Assembly: GCA_029717555.1 (NCBI GenBank)
Contig: JAMDHS010000018.1
Location: 124,001 to 188,000, forward strand
Origin: Peribolospora baueri
Taxonomy: Eukaryota
Length of the DNA stretch: 64,000 nt
Direction: 5' to 3'
Made by a program: the position numbers and the translations under genes. Below, piece by piece: positions 1 to 11,697 of the stretch. How positions within the stretch are numbered: position 1 is the stretch's first letter; each line of letters begins with the position of its first letter. The notes beneath the pieces are model-generated. The model worked only from the letters and a program-made list of their open reading frames with translations. It made no database searches and was not told the DNA's origin.

Positions 1-434
1 GCTTCATATATATATAACAATGAACGGAGGTTAGAGGACCTCGGCTTCAAGAATTCTAAGATTTTCCGGCACCCGTGTTTGACGCGAAGATACCTACACT
101 ACCCTATTCTCTCAAAGTTAGGGTTCTGCTGGAATGCGCGCCTTGACTGGACCGCCCTCCGTCCTGGTTGACAGGCTGATTTTGGCTACGTCGTTGCACG
201 TTCTCTGCACAGTTTGGATAGCATCGTAAGTAGATGTTTGTGTTTTGGTCCTGTGAAGCTCATAACGTGTTGCAGAGATCGAGCTGAACACAACACTTTC
301 CGACTGAAGGGCCGTCTGCAGTGGGAGCGCCGGTCGAGTCGTTGCGACGTAACATTCCTGTCAGCCGGCTTTTGTTCCAACGGTTTTCGCCAGCCCTTCC
401 CTCGTCCCAAAATTCGCAATCACCTACGGCCCCT

Positions 435-1717
435 ATGGATCTTTCTCCACACATCAAGGAAGGGGTCGACGAGTTTGTCAAACATTTCGATCGCTCAAAG
501 TTGCTCGCCATTGCCCTCGCAGCCAAAGGCTCCTCGGCAGCAGCGAACTGGACGGACAGCTTCGGCTATGGCAACATTCATGTTGTCATGCAGCTCCGAT
601 TTGACGACGGTGCTCGCTGGGCTGCCAAGGTGCCGTGGAACGAGAAATGGGGAAGCACGTCGGACGATATGGAAAGGGAAGCCATACTCCTTCGTCATTT
701 CGCTCAAGTCTTGCCTCATCTTCCCATACCTAGGGTCCACGCCTATGGCTTGGTCGAGGGCAGGAATGCTAACGTGGGCATTCCGTATATTTTGATGGAC
801 TGGATGCACGGGTCGCCTCTGAGGTGGACTGAAAGCCAGCCTCCGACTACAAAGGCTCGTCACAAGGTGCTCCGTCAGATTGCTGCTTTCAACGTCGAAC
901 TTCGTATGGCGTCACTACCTTCCCTCGAGAGTGCTCATATCCGTCCCCCACCGGACGACGTGACGCAGTGGCTGGTAGCCTTTGTCGATCGAAGGCTGAC
1001 CGGGATGTTGACGGGTCAAAGGAAAGGGTTTGATCTAGTCGACTTGTTTCTCCATCGACATCTCATCGAGAATCTCTGCGATCGACCGGAAGGGCCGGAA
1101 AAGGTACCCGCCTTCTTCGTTCACGATGATTTGAATAGCTCAAATGTTCTCGTCGGAAATGAGTACAAGGTCGTAGGGTAAGCTTCACATCATCCTTAGC
1201 CAGGCTGGAATCCCCGAGCGGTCGAAGGTGGACCATACTGAGGTGATGTGTATTGCACTCGCATGTCAACAGGATCCTCGACTGGAACGGGTTCAACGGC
1301 GGTCAGCTCCTCCCTTTCGTTCGCGCCATCTGTTTTCCGACCTTCCTGGACCACTCTAAAAGAGGGCCAATCTTCGATGCCGACCGAGCGGCGTACGTGG
1401 ACTTCTACCGTCAAGCAGAAGAAGAGAAAGGGGACGAGCTTTGCCAGCCGCGAGGCTGGCCACTGCTTGCGGATGATCAACTTCAAGAAGCCATGACTGC
1501 TCTGGATTGTCCCGGAGTTTTGAGAGAGATGTTCGAGGGAAGAGGACGCGGAGAGAAGGAGTGGGCTATCGCTGCGAAGCAGTTAGAGAAGTACGCCCGG
1601 ACGAAGGAAGGAATGCAGGCGGAAGTGGAGAGGTTGGATACGTTTGACCGGTTGCACGAAATGATCGCCGCGCATTCGGCGCCGGAGGAAGGGAAGGACT
1701 ACATCACCGGCGGGTAA
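435..1717 (+). CDS. Aminoglycoside-phosphotransferase (APH)/choline-kinase-like protein, 2 exons
   Basis: ATG at 435. GYGNIH...FDDGARWAAKVP, E..LLR, LPIPRVHAY, PYILMDWMHG and Brenner-type HDDLNSSNVLV. Intron 1178-1272 (GTAAGC..CAG) restores VVG-ILDW. Stop at 1717. Confidence 0.8.
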
Positions 1718-2228
1718 GTAGGGCTCGAGGCGTGGCCACTGTGATCATCGTGAACACGTCTGTCTCGCTTGGAATGATACTGGAGACAAAAGGATAAAGA
1801 AGATGGCGCAGCTACACGTCACTGTCATTCCAGAATAAGACGCTGCGTGTGATGAAGAAGCGTAGATAACGCTCCGCATGGGCCTGCAACGTCGAGTCAG
1901 CGTGGCACAATGTAAGCAATTGGGTCACGCTACCCTCGAATCGAACAGGAAACAATGACCACAGCCAATAAGACTTCAGATTGAACTTAGAATGTAGGGA
2001 GCGGCGTGGAGACGTCTTCTTATTCAACAACCAAAAGCAAGGGAGTCGCCGCCGCGGCCCAAACCAAGTGCACGGAGACGAGTGCGGGGCCACTGAGGAA
2101 GACAGCGGCGGACAAGTATGCGGCACACGCTGAAAGCATAAATAGGCGTCAAGAGCCAGGGTCGCACTCTCTCACTTCCTCATACTTGCCCTTGCTCTTC
2201 ATGGTCTCACCAGCAATCCAATCTCAAC

Positions 2229-3050
2229 ATGACAGCACAACTTCTTTCTTTCGCTACGGAGCAGTTCAACTCTCTGGGCTACCCATCAGACGCTTCGAGA
2301 AAGAAGGCGGTGGGGACTTGATTCAGACTCGATTGAGAGACATTTTCATCCGGCATGACATGTGCGACCAGTGAGTCCACAGTCAGGCAAGGTCTAGCAA
2401 AATCTCAAGGAGCTCATCAGAATGTTCACTGACGACTTCCTTCGAGCTGTCATCACAATAGCTTCGGTATTGCCCTCGTGCATAGCCATTTTCGCATGAA
2501 TGACAACGAGCGCTTAGTCGAAGTCAACGGTGTCGCTATGCCCTGGCCGGCCCACCTCGCAGCTGAGCTGGGAGGAAGCCTCGTCCCACGCACTTGGCTG
2601 TTTGCCAGGGATGGATCTGGCCTCATGCCGTTCGAGTTCGAGTTTGCTCCACCCGGTGCTTCTACGGGCGACGTCGAAAAATTGCTGGATTCGAAGCCCG
2701 ATTTTATCCAGGAACTCAGCCAGACCCTCAAGTCCCTCGGTCTCCTCGATGTGTTGGGCCTTCGTATCTATCCAGGCCCGGACTTCCCTGGGTTCGTGGA
2801 AGTAAGCCTTTCCCAAGCCAGTATTTGTTTCCCTCCTAACGTGGTAGGTCGGGCACTTCATTTCTTCCTACGCAAGTATCGTCCACAAGATTGAGTTCTG
2901 ATCACCATTGCTTTTCAGCTCTGCGCCAAAGGAACTGAAACGGCTTGGTTCTTTTCGAAGAAGGTGCCCCGCATGGGTTGTAGGTGCAGGTGCTTGGAGT
3001 ACGGTAAAACGCATGGCGGACATACGCACTACACCGCCATCGCGTGTTAG
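2229..3050 (+). CDS. Small fungal hypothetical protein with C-terminal Cys/His cluster; 3 exons, possibly frameshifted at the N-terminus
   Basis: Introns ~2371-2461 and ~2844-2918 join ...IFIRHDMCDH-FGIALVHSHF...NGVAMPW...FPPNV-LCAKGTETAWFF...GCRCRC...HGGHTH; TAG at 3048-3050. The start is ambiguous: ATG 2201 is in frame, ATG 2229 needs a frameshift near 2290. Confidence 0.6.
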
Positions 3051-4028
3051 CTACCTGTGTCCCAATATCCAGCTTGCCCGCGATGCTGAACTTCGTAATC
3101 ATGACGTCATACGGCTAGCACGAATCGTGGGAGCTTGGAAAAGCTTGCGTGAAGAAGGAAGCCTGATATTCAGGGCGAGCGGGTTCCTCGTCAACATACG
3201 CTTCTGGTAGTCAAATGCGAATCCCTGGATCCTTTGAGTTGTAGGACGAGAGCGGCTGCATCGTTCCTCGCAGCAGATTCAAACGGGTCTTGGGACCGTC
3301 GGGTCATTCCAAGGCTATCATGCAGGGGAGAGACTGGGGTGTAGGGTCAGATTGGCTCGGCTTCAGTGAGAACCCCGACTGAAGATTGCGTCTCCCCGGA
3401 ACTCACCTGCACGTCCGATTTCCGCTCTGCCTGCATCGACGAAGAAGTCGTCATCCAACACTGTGGACTGGGGTTGAGGGACGTAGCGTTCCGAGGACGC
3501 AGTCCAGTGACGAGGATGGCTTTCTCATCTCTTTCGGCTCGGAATCAACGCTGGACGAAAGAAATTGGAAGCACCCTGAAGTTGGGAGAGCCCTGAGTCG
3601 GAACTCTGAAAGATGACGCCCTATCGGCTAAGGAGGCTCCGAAGAAGGAGGACGTTCGGCGGTCGGTCGGCTCTCTGCGCGCGTGCAACGCCTTGGGCAG
3701 ACAGACGCTTGCTATCTAACACCGCGGCAGGAGCGGTCGATTCTACGAGAGTGGAGAATCGGACGGCTTCAGCTGGGGTGGTGGTCCGACCACTCACCGC
3801 AGAGGTGCCACCCGATGTCGCCCCGCCGCTTCCTTGTTCGCTAGCGCTGTCAGTTAGCTAGCTTCTCGAGGCCGCCGTATGTTCTGCGTTCATGTTAGCT
3901 GCCTAACTGTACGTACGTAAGCCGAGCTCAGAGCAAGTGATCGGCGAAGTAGGGTTAGTCGATCACTCTGAACCCATTATCGTTATCGTTACGGCCGGCT
4001 CGCATGCTGCTTCTCTACCATCCATGAC

Positions 4029-4169
4029 ATGGCTGCCCCTCCTCCGGCTCCTCGCTGGATCCTACGATGGCATGCCACGCAAGTGAATGACGTCGCATTT
4101 TCCCCCGGCTTCTCTTCAACGGGGCCCAATGTTTATCTTCTCTCGGCCGATGCTGAAGGCTACGTGAGC
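4029..4169 (+). pseudogene. 5' fragment of a WD40 gene resembling ASA1 (ASTRA complex)
   Basis: Translates MAAPPPAPRWILRWHATQVNDVAFS...LLSADAEGYVS*, matching my recollection of the fungal ASA1 N-terminus (PPxPxxILRGH...LLTGDADG). It ends abruptly next to an NTM1 fragment. Confidence 0.5.
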
Positions 4170-4180
4170 TGAGCGGCGAC

Positions 4181-4828
4181 GTACGACGTGGTGTGGGCGC
4201 AGTGGTGCCTTCAGCATCTCTCCGATCAGGACTTGGAGTCTTTCCTGAAAAGGTCGAAAAAGGCGCTCGTGGAGGATGGAGTGATCGTGGTGAAGGAGAA
4301 CGTCGTGCGTATCGCCCTTCGCTTCCCCAAGCCGCGGCCCACACGCCGTTCGCATCGCGGCTGGGTCAAGCGCTGACTTCGCTGGCGGGCCCCATCAGTT
4401 TCATTCGCCCCTCCCCCTGTGACCTCGGCATCCAGTGCCGAGATGGCGAGGACGGCGAGGAAATGATCGTATGGGACGACGAGGACCATTCCATCACTAG
4501 GTATGCGAGCATTCTCCGATTGTCCCCTGGCCCATGGACGCCGCTCATGATGTCCGCCGCCCGCGCCATCGCACCCGGTCGTCGTGTATGCGTCACCGGT
4601 CCTCGGTGATCAGGTCTGACTCCGCATGGGAACGGGTTATGAGTACCGCATCTGTTCGGACCGCCTTATCATTGTGGCACAGCACCCCGTCAGGAGGTGG
4701 AGAGCCACGCCCGCGCTCGGGATCAACACTCAGTCGAGCTTACTCTCTCCCTCGGACGCTGGTCTGGCGGCGACACGCACGCGAACGCAGTTCAAGGCCG
4801 CTGGTTTGCAGATCATCAAAAAGGAGAC
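4181..4828 (+). pseudogene. NTM1: 3' part of alpha-N-terminal protein methyltransferase (NTM1/TAE1), inverted relative to its 5' part
   Basis: Spliced pieces read YDVVWAQWCLQHLSDQDL..FL.RSK..L...GVIVVKENV / ..WDDEDHSITR / SD..W / FKAAGLQIIKKE, the NTM1 C-terminal motifs. The final residues are absent. Confidence 0.85.
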
Positions 4829-5522
4829 CGCCCCGCTCCGCCTTCATCTCCTTCCTCCTCGAGGCGCGACGCTTCGCGCGACTCTTCAGGCGACAGCGTC
4901 GTGGAAATGAGACGGGACGTCGACCAGGGGCGGCGGCCAGGGTCGAAGTCTTGTAGAGTGGAGAGGCGAAAGTTGACGGATTTCGTGGGGCCGAGATGTT
5001 TCTATCTCGGGGAGGACTTAGAGGCTTCGAGGAGGAACTGAGAGCGGGAGAAGATGGAGGAGGCCCCGCCGTGATCAAAAATAGACAACAGCGTGTCCCT
5101 CGTGACCCTGCCGACGCCAGCTCCGCAATCCAGCGCCCGCGTCTTCCGTCGCCCCTGCTCCTTTTCCTTCTCGTCTGGCCCCGCCGTCCCGGCCTCGAAG
5201 TCGGCCGTCCGTGGAGGGACGGTGGAGAGGCGGGGGAAGACGGAGAGGAGGAAGGCACGCGAGCCGAGGGCATCGATGCGAGGGAGCGTCTTCGCATGGA
5301 TGATGAGGACGACAGAAGAGGGAGAGGAGACGGCGAGAAGGGATCGATTGAGGACGAGGGAGAAGGACGACTTGGTGCCGAACGCCGGTTCGTCTTCCGA
5401 GGCTGACAAGGTCAAGCAAGGCTCACCCCGTTCCCGTAACCCCCGAGGACGTAGTTGACCGTCGCCGGCCCACTGTTCCAGAACTCCAATCCCTTCTTGA
5501 CGTCTGGATCTCTTCGAGACAT
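4829..5522 (-). pseudogene. NTM1: 5' part of NTM1/TAE1 with an in-frame stop
   Basis: MSRRDPDVKKGLEFWNSGPATVNYVLGGYG / LPRIDALGSRAFL...RALDCGAGVGRVTRDTLL (SAM motif I) ...PR*KHL...TLQDFDP. TAG at ~5002-5004; the DLVE segment appears deleted. Confidence 0.85.
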
Positions 5523-5979
5523 CGCTTCTGTCCCTTTTAGAAGAGACACGGCGATGTCATCTTCCAGGCGGAATTGGAACCAGGCTGTTCCGTACCCGAA
5601 GGGCCCTGTTTTGAAGGAGAAGGAAAAAGCGAACGTTGACGTCGGCCGGCGGCGATCTGACGGAAGAAGTGTGGGGACGTGCGAGTCGAAACAAGGAACG
5701 CACGAGTCGGGACTCGGTCGGCTCCTTGCCATCGCTGTTCGCTCTCCTCTCCTTCTCTCACCACCTCGGTCGCACGTCGCGACCACCACGCTGCTGTGCG
5801 CTCGCGACGCAGCCATACGATCCGGAAAGCGTCATGGACGCAGCTCCCTCCGCCATCCCCGCCGAGGCGTTGACGACGCTCACCCCGGAGAGCCAAGCCG
5901 CCGCCGCCGACGCCGACGCCGACGCTATATGCTCCCCGGCCAGCACATCGGCCACCGCGCCGACACCGAACGGGGTAGG

Positions 5980-6122
5980 AGCGAAAGTCGCTCAAGTTCG
6001 AGTGGGAAAGGAAGCGAGAGTCGATCAAGTTCGAGCGGGAAAGGGTTCGAGCGGGAAACGAGAAAGAGTCGATTAAGTGGGAAAGGAGAGAGAGTCGATC
6101 AGGTTCGAGCGGGAAAGGAGAA
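5980..6122 (+). repeat. Degenerate ~30-33 bp tandem repeat (GAGTCGATCAAGTTCGAGCGGGAAAGG core)
   Basis: Three near-complete and two partial units are visible. Confidence 0.8.
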
Positions 6123-6130
6123 GAGAAATA

Positions 6131-6371
6131 AAAAGAGAAGGGACGTCGACGGGAAAGAGACAGCAGGGAAGCAAACCAAAAAACAACCTTTACAATCCAG
6201 ACTCAAGCAGCACCTAGGCGAAAGCGAGCCGACCGCCCTCACCACCACCTCTCCCTCTCCCTATGCTGGGTCAGCACTCCCACCGTCTGGCCTGTCACCT
6301 TCGCCTTGTCACCCGCCCTCACATCATCCTCTGCCACTTTCCCATGAGCTTCCCGGTTCCAGACCCACCTC
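6131..6371 (+). repeat. Dispersed ~240 bp direct repeat, copy 1 (copy 2 at ~21548-21805)
   Basis: AAAGAGAAGGGACGTCGACGGGAAAGAGACAGCAGGGAAGCAAACC...CATCATCCTCTGCCACTTT aligns closely by eye with the 21.5 kb copy. Confidence 0.95.
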
Positions 6372-6489
6372 TGGCGGAGAAAAACTGTCCCAAGTCGGCC
6401 CCAATCGTCGGCTCTCTGTACAAACTCTTTCCGGTCGAATTTTGCTGACCTTCTCCTTCTTCCGTGCTTTTACCCTTCTCTCGCGATAG

Positions 6490-7308
<819 letters not shown>

Positions 7309-9949
7309 ACCTCCACCTAGAGGCGACCCAGCGTCTGGGAGCGAGGTCGCTGCCGCCGCGGCGGTTCGTCACCGGCGGTGAAGGGTTCGCCGCCCCGGTA
7401 GCGTCTCCTCCTCGTCCTCCTCCCTGAGGCGACACTTGGGCTGAGAGCGAGGTCTCTGTCGCCGCGGTGCGGGCGGTGCGGGCGGCGACCGCCTGACATG
7501 TCTTCGTCGCCGCGGCGCGGGCGGCGGCCGCCTGACGTTTGCGGTGCCACGTCTCGGTTCGCTTTGCCTCCCGGGGCGTCGCCTCGTAGATGGCCCGCGA
7601 GTCGGCGTGAGTGCCGAGCTGCATGCCTGCTCGGCGCAAGGCGGTTTTCGTTGCGGGGAAGGTCCGCAGGTCGGTGGCATCGTTCGCGCCTCGAGCTGAC
7701 TTGAGGCGGTTTCGTCTGTGCCGCCCTCGCCGACAAGACACGGGGGAGCTGCCATGAGTGCTCGTGCGGGCCCGGGGTCTCGATGGCAGCGACATGGTGG
7801 TGTGTCCCCTTGTTGTCCGTGACGCGGCAAGTGCGGGCACGGAAGGAGAGACGACAGTCGACCCGATCCAGCCATGTTGCTGTCATGGCCGCCCCGTTCG
7901 GGAGCCGGATGTCGGCGTCATCGACAGGCCGGGGTGTGACCGGTAGACGAGCGCGCTCTACACTCCTGCTTACGTAGACCCGCGACGCACGACTGTCAAG
8001 CAAGGTGCGAGCGGCCTGGTCGGCGATGGAAGCAGGCACGTAGAAGAGGTCCTGTTGGCTCTTATCACGAGCCGTGGCTAAGAGGACAGAGAGCCGTAGG
8101 TCGTCCTCGTAGCCGGTCTGCCCAATCCGCTCCTCATCGGAAGGGTAGACCGGGACTTCGAAGTCATCATCACTGAGAGACTTCGAGTCAGACGGGGGAT
8201 AGCGGCCGTCTGAGTGGCCGTGGTTCGACGACTGGTCGGACTCGCGCCGCAGGGGGGAAAGAACCGCATTGAGGCGCTCAACGTCCCTCCGGTTCTTGCA
8301 GTTGCGGTACGAGTGGTCACTCTTCCCGCACCCGTAACAAAGGCCCTCTCGCCGACACTTCGCAACCCGTGCGTCCCGCTGCTGCGGGTCACCAGGGGGT
8401 GATAACTGGCCCTTGAGGCGCCGCTCTCCTGGCGGTAGGACCGATCCCCCTGCTGGCTGCCGGAATCAGGACTCATCGGAGGGCGGTGGGTGAGTTCCTC
8501 CAACGGGGCGTGTCGGAGGTCTTGTCACGCGACCGACGATCAGACGGTTGACCGTGCAGTTCACGGTGCTGAGCACTGCTATGGAAGCTAAGAAGAGTGC
8601 GCTCCACTTGGTCCGCGTACTCCATAAACCCGTGGAGGTCCTCCGGCACCGCTCCGGGAGCCGCAAACTGGAGGCGCTCCCACACACGGTTGTGTAGGCG
8701 GCCGCCTCAAACAGGCGACGGAGTTCCTCGTCGCTGGACGGCTGGCAGCGCGCGGCGAGGCGGAGGAACTCATTTGAGCTGGTATGAAAGACCTACAGTT
8801 ACGTAGCGTAGGTGAGGGAATGCTGGTTCGTGTGGAGGACACTGATTTGCCCTCTTCTTTAAGGACGCGGCCTAGGACATCAAGACCTGTGGAGAGCTTG
8901 ACAGGAGCCCCGCGTCGTCGTCGAGGCATCCGTGATGGCTGAACAGTTTATGACCGACCCGAGGAAAGGCGCTGGCAAGAAGGGCTGTCAAAATGATATT
9001 TTTACCGCAAGGGTGAGGGTTCATGAGGGTTGCGCCGCGGAATTCTCGGACGCTGTCAATGACTGCCTGAGAGGGGCATCCTCCAGTCTTGCAGAAGGCC
9101 GTCAGGGTGGAAAACACGGAGAGACGGTCGCTCAGCGTGCCCCATGCTCGATCGATGGGGTCGGCACAAGACCGGACTGGACTGGAGCGTAACTGGGCAG
9201 CGCAACTCTATGGACACCTGCCTCTTCAAAAGCGAGTCAGTGGCAGAGCCCGCGGCCGTTCCAAGAAGACTGAGCAGCTGCGACATGGCTCTGCTCGCTC
9301 TCCTGCCCACTCCGTCGGCCTGTAACCCGTTGTCCTTCAACTGTGCACCGTGGGCCTCACCGGGACCTGGTGAACCACGCATGCAAGCGTGTGCCACCCA
9401 GCTTGGACCATTAAGACGGATGAAGGAAAGAGGAAGAAAAGCGTCACCACGAGCCGGTAACGAGTGATCGACTGTTGTCGGCGACCTCGCAAGGCATCGT
9501 GCTATGCCACATCCGACTTGTCCCTTTGTCCTCTCATGTCCCCTTGTCCTCGCTTGTTCCTTTGTCCTTCCATGAGCACTCGTGTGTATAAAGCAGGTCT
9601 CTCCCCGTCGATCTCGACACTGCGATCTCGATCTTGCCCACGTGATCTACCATTGTTGTGAGAAATCGCAGGGGGTGCCGGGGCTGCGGCAAATGCGATG
9701 GACCAGGACCGACTAGGCTTCAGGTGGACAAGGTGGTAACCGAGCATATTGGCCGACTGTGAGCTGGTAGATGGTGGTGTCTACATGGTGTTCCTCCTCA
9801 CAGGGAGTACAGACAGTAGGGTTCCCATCCTCTATATATACGTTTCTCGAGAGGAATAGGCGCTCGGAGCGTACACAAAGGGGTACGCCGAGAACAATAG
9901 AAGTGATCGACCGCCTAGGAAATAGACGGTCGTAAACGGGGTCGCGACA
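7309..9949 (-). mobile_element. Internally deleted Ty3/gypsy LTR retrotransposon (LTR-like end, degenerate gag, protease, post-integrase tail; no RT/RNaseH/integrase core)
   Basis: Gag zinc knuckle CYGCGKSDHSYRNC at ~8300-8341. Protease-like LLDSRASRVYVS at ~7970-8005. 7315-7712 is homologous to the integrase tail at 50140-50480. TG..CA LTR-like segment with TATA at 9654-9949. Confidence 0.85.
9654..9949 (-). repeat. Putative LTR (TGTCGCGACC...CACAACA) followed by PBS-like TGGTAGAT
   Basis: TG/CA ends, TATATATAG at ~9832-9840 and TGG one base after the end. No second copy or TSD in the window. An alternative boundary at 9473/9476 (TGTTGTCGGCGACC) is possible. Confidence 0.55.
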
Positions 9950-10111
9950 CGGTGATCACACACCCCCCTACCCTGACGCCAATTGTCTTCTCGATGCACG
10001 TGATCCACTACGGTCTTCCCGACGACGTATGCGGCTGTAGACCTCTCAGACGGGCGTCGGCCTGCAAAGCCAGTTCATTCACTCACTCACTCATCTCGAC
10101 GCTTCTTTACC

Positions 10112-11101
10112 ATGGCAGCAGCGGCGGCGGCGGCGGCCTCATCAACGGCTTCTCCAGCCGACACCTCTTCACCCGCGCCCGCCTCTCTCGCCGCGTCCGC
10201 AAAACCAGCTTACCGGATCGCGCTCACGGCGCTCACGCCCAACAACGTCGGCCAGCTCCGAAAGCTCAACTCGGTGCTCTTCCCTGTATCGTACAGCGAG
10301 AGGTTTTACAAGGATGTCGTGAAGGAGGAGCTCGAGGGCGTTTGCCAGCTGGGTGAGTTGATGTGGACGAGAGAGCGAGAGCGTTTTTCGAGAAGGGCAA
10401 CGAAGAAACGAAAATTGGCCCTGGCGCGTCGTTCGTGACCGCTCATTCTTCGGCTCGTCCCCGTTTTTCACCCTGGCCGTCCCGATTTGACGAAAGCTTA
10501 TCTCTCTTTTCCTTACTCTCGCCCTCGTCCCAACTCGCACTCCTCTTCATCTTCCTCCGACCCCATCCTCTCCTCCTCCTCCTTCGGCGCAGCCCTCTTC
10601 AACGACGTCCCCGTCGGCAACGTCTGCTGCAAGATCGAGGACACGCCGTCGCCTTCCTCCGGCGGCGACGCGCCGGGGTCGGGAAAGAAGCGTCGCCGAC
10701 TGTACCTAATGACGCTTGGCGTGCTCGCCCCCTACCGACGACTGGGCGTCGCTAGCGCGCTTCTCGACCACGTCCTCGAGAACGCGCGGAAGCCTCGTGT
10801 CGGTGCGCCTGAGCCTGTGGCCCCGCCGTCTGGCACCAAAGAAGGCGGGAAGGAGGAGGCGAAGAAGAAGTCGAGCGCGGGCAAGCCGGGATCGGGAAAG
10901 ACGGAGAAGGAGAGGGAGGAGGAGGAGGAGGAGGAGGAGGAAGAACCGCCGGTGGAGTCCATCTACCTGCACGTCCAGACGTCCAACGACACCGCACGGG
11001 CTTGGTACGAGAAGCGGGGTTTTACCGTCATCGAGACCGTGGGGAACTATTATAAGCGCATCGAGCCCGCCAGCGCTTGGGTGCTTGAGAGGAGGCTGTA
11101 A
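10112..11101 (+). CDS. NAA50: N-alpha-acetyltransferase 50 (NatE catalytic subunit, GNAT), 2 exons
   Basis: LTPNNVGQLRKLNSVLFPVSYSERFY; intron 10353-10592; LYLMTLGVLAPYRRLGVAS, IYLHVQTSN..A..WYEKRGF, YYKRIEP. Confidence 0.92.
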
Positions 11102-11697
11102 GCGCGGCGATGGGATTGGGTGTCTTTTGGCGGGGTGGCATGGCATGGCATGGCGGGCCGGAGGTCTGACGCAGTTGAGACGAGACGAATGGGATGATCG
11201 AAGCGGTAGAGGTACGGACGGACGAGGAGGATGTGACGCGGAGTCTCGAGGACCTTATCTTGGTCGTTCCATTCATTGGACATATCACCCTTTCGCCCGC
11301 CCGCCGACCGTTCCCTCCCTCTCTTCTCCTTACAAAACGACGTCGTCGTATCTCGTCAAGTCAAGTCGCGTCGCGTCGCGCTTCCCCGCTTGACACTCGC
11401 CGGTTCGGACTTTTTTCTTTTTTTGAATTTCTTCGCATTCTCCACTCGCACCCCTCTGCCATCCTCTTCCTTCCATGCCCGATCTAGTTCGGGCTAATGT
11501 GGGCGTACTCGCTCGTTCCCTGCACACACGCCCCTCGGCGACGGCCGAGGAGAGGGTATACAGGCGAAGGGACGAGGAAACGCAAGTGATGAAACGAAAA
11601 CGAAAAAGAAACCAAAAGCCCGCCGCGCCGCATCTTCAATGTCCGGAGAAGAGGTTCGAACATCTAGAGGTGGTCGAAGAGGGAAGGCGGGACGGCT

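Noticed and set aside
118..123. TTAGGG as a telomeric repeat or element target site
   Set aside because: A single hexamer, expected by chance.
5980..6122. ~30-bp repeats as a CRISPR-like array
   Set aside because: Eukaryotic context, degenerate head-to-tail units, no unique spacers and no cas genes.
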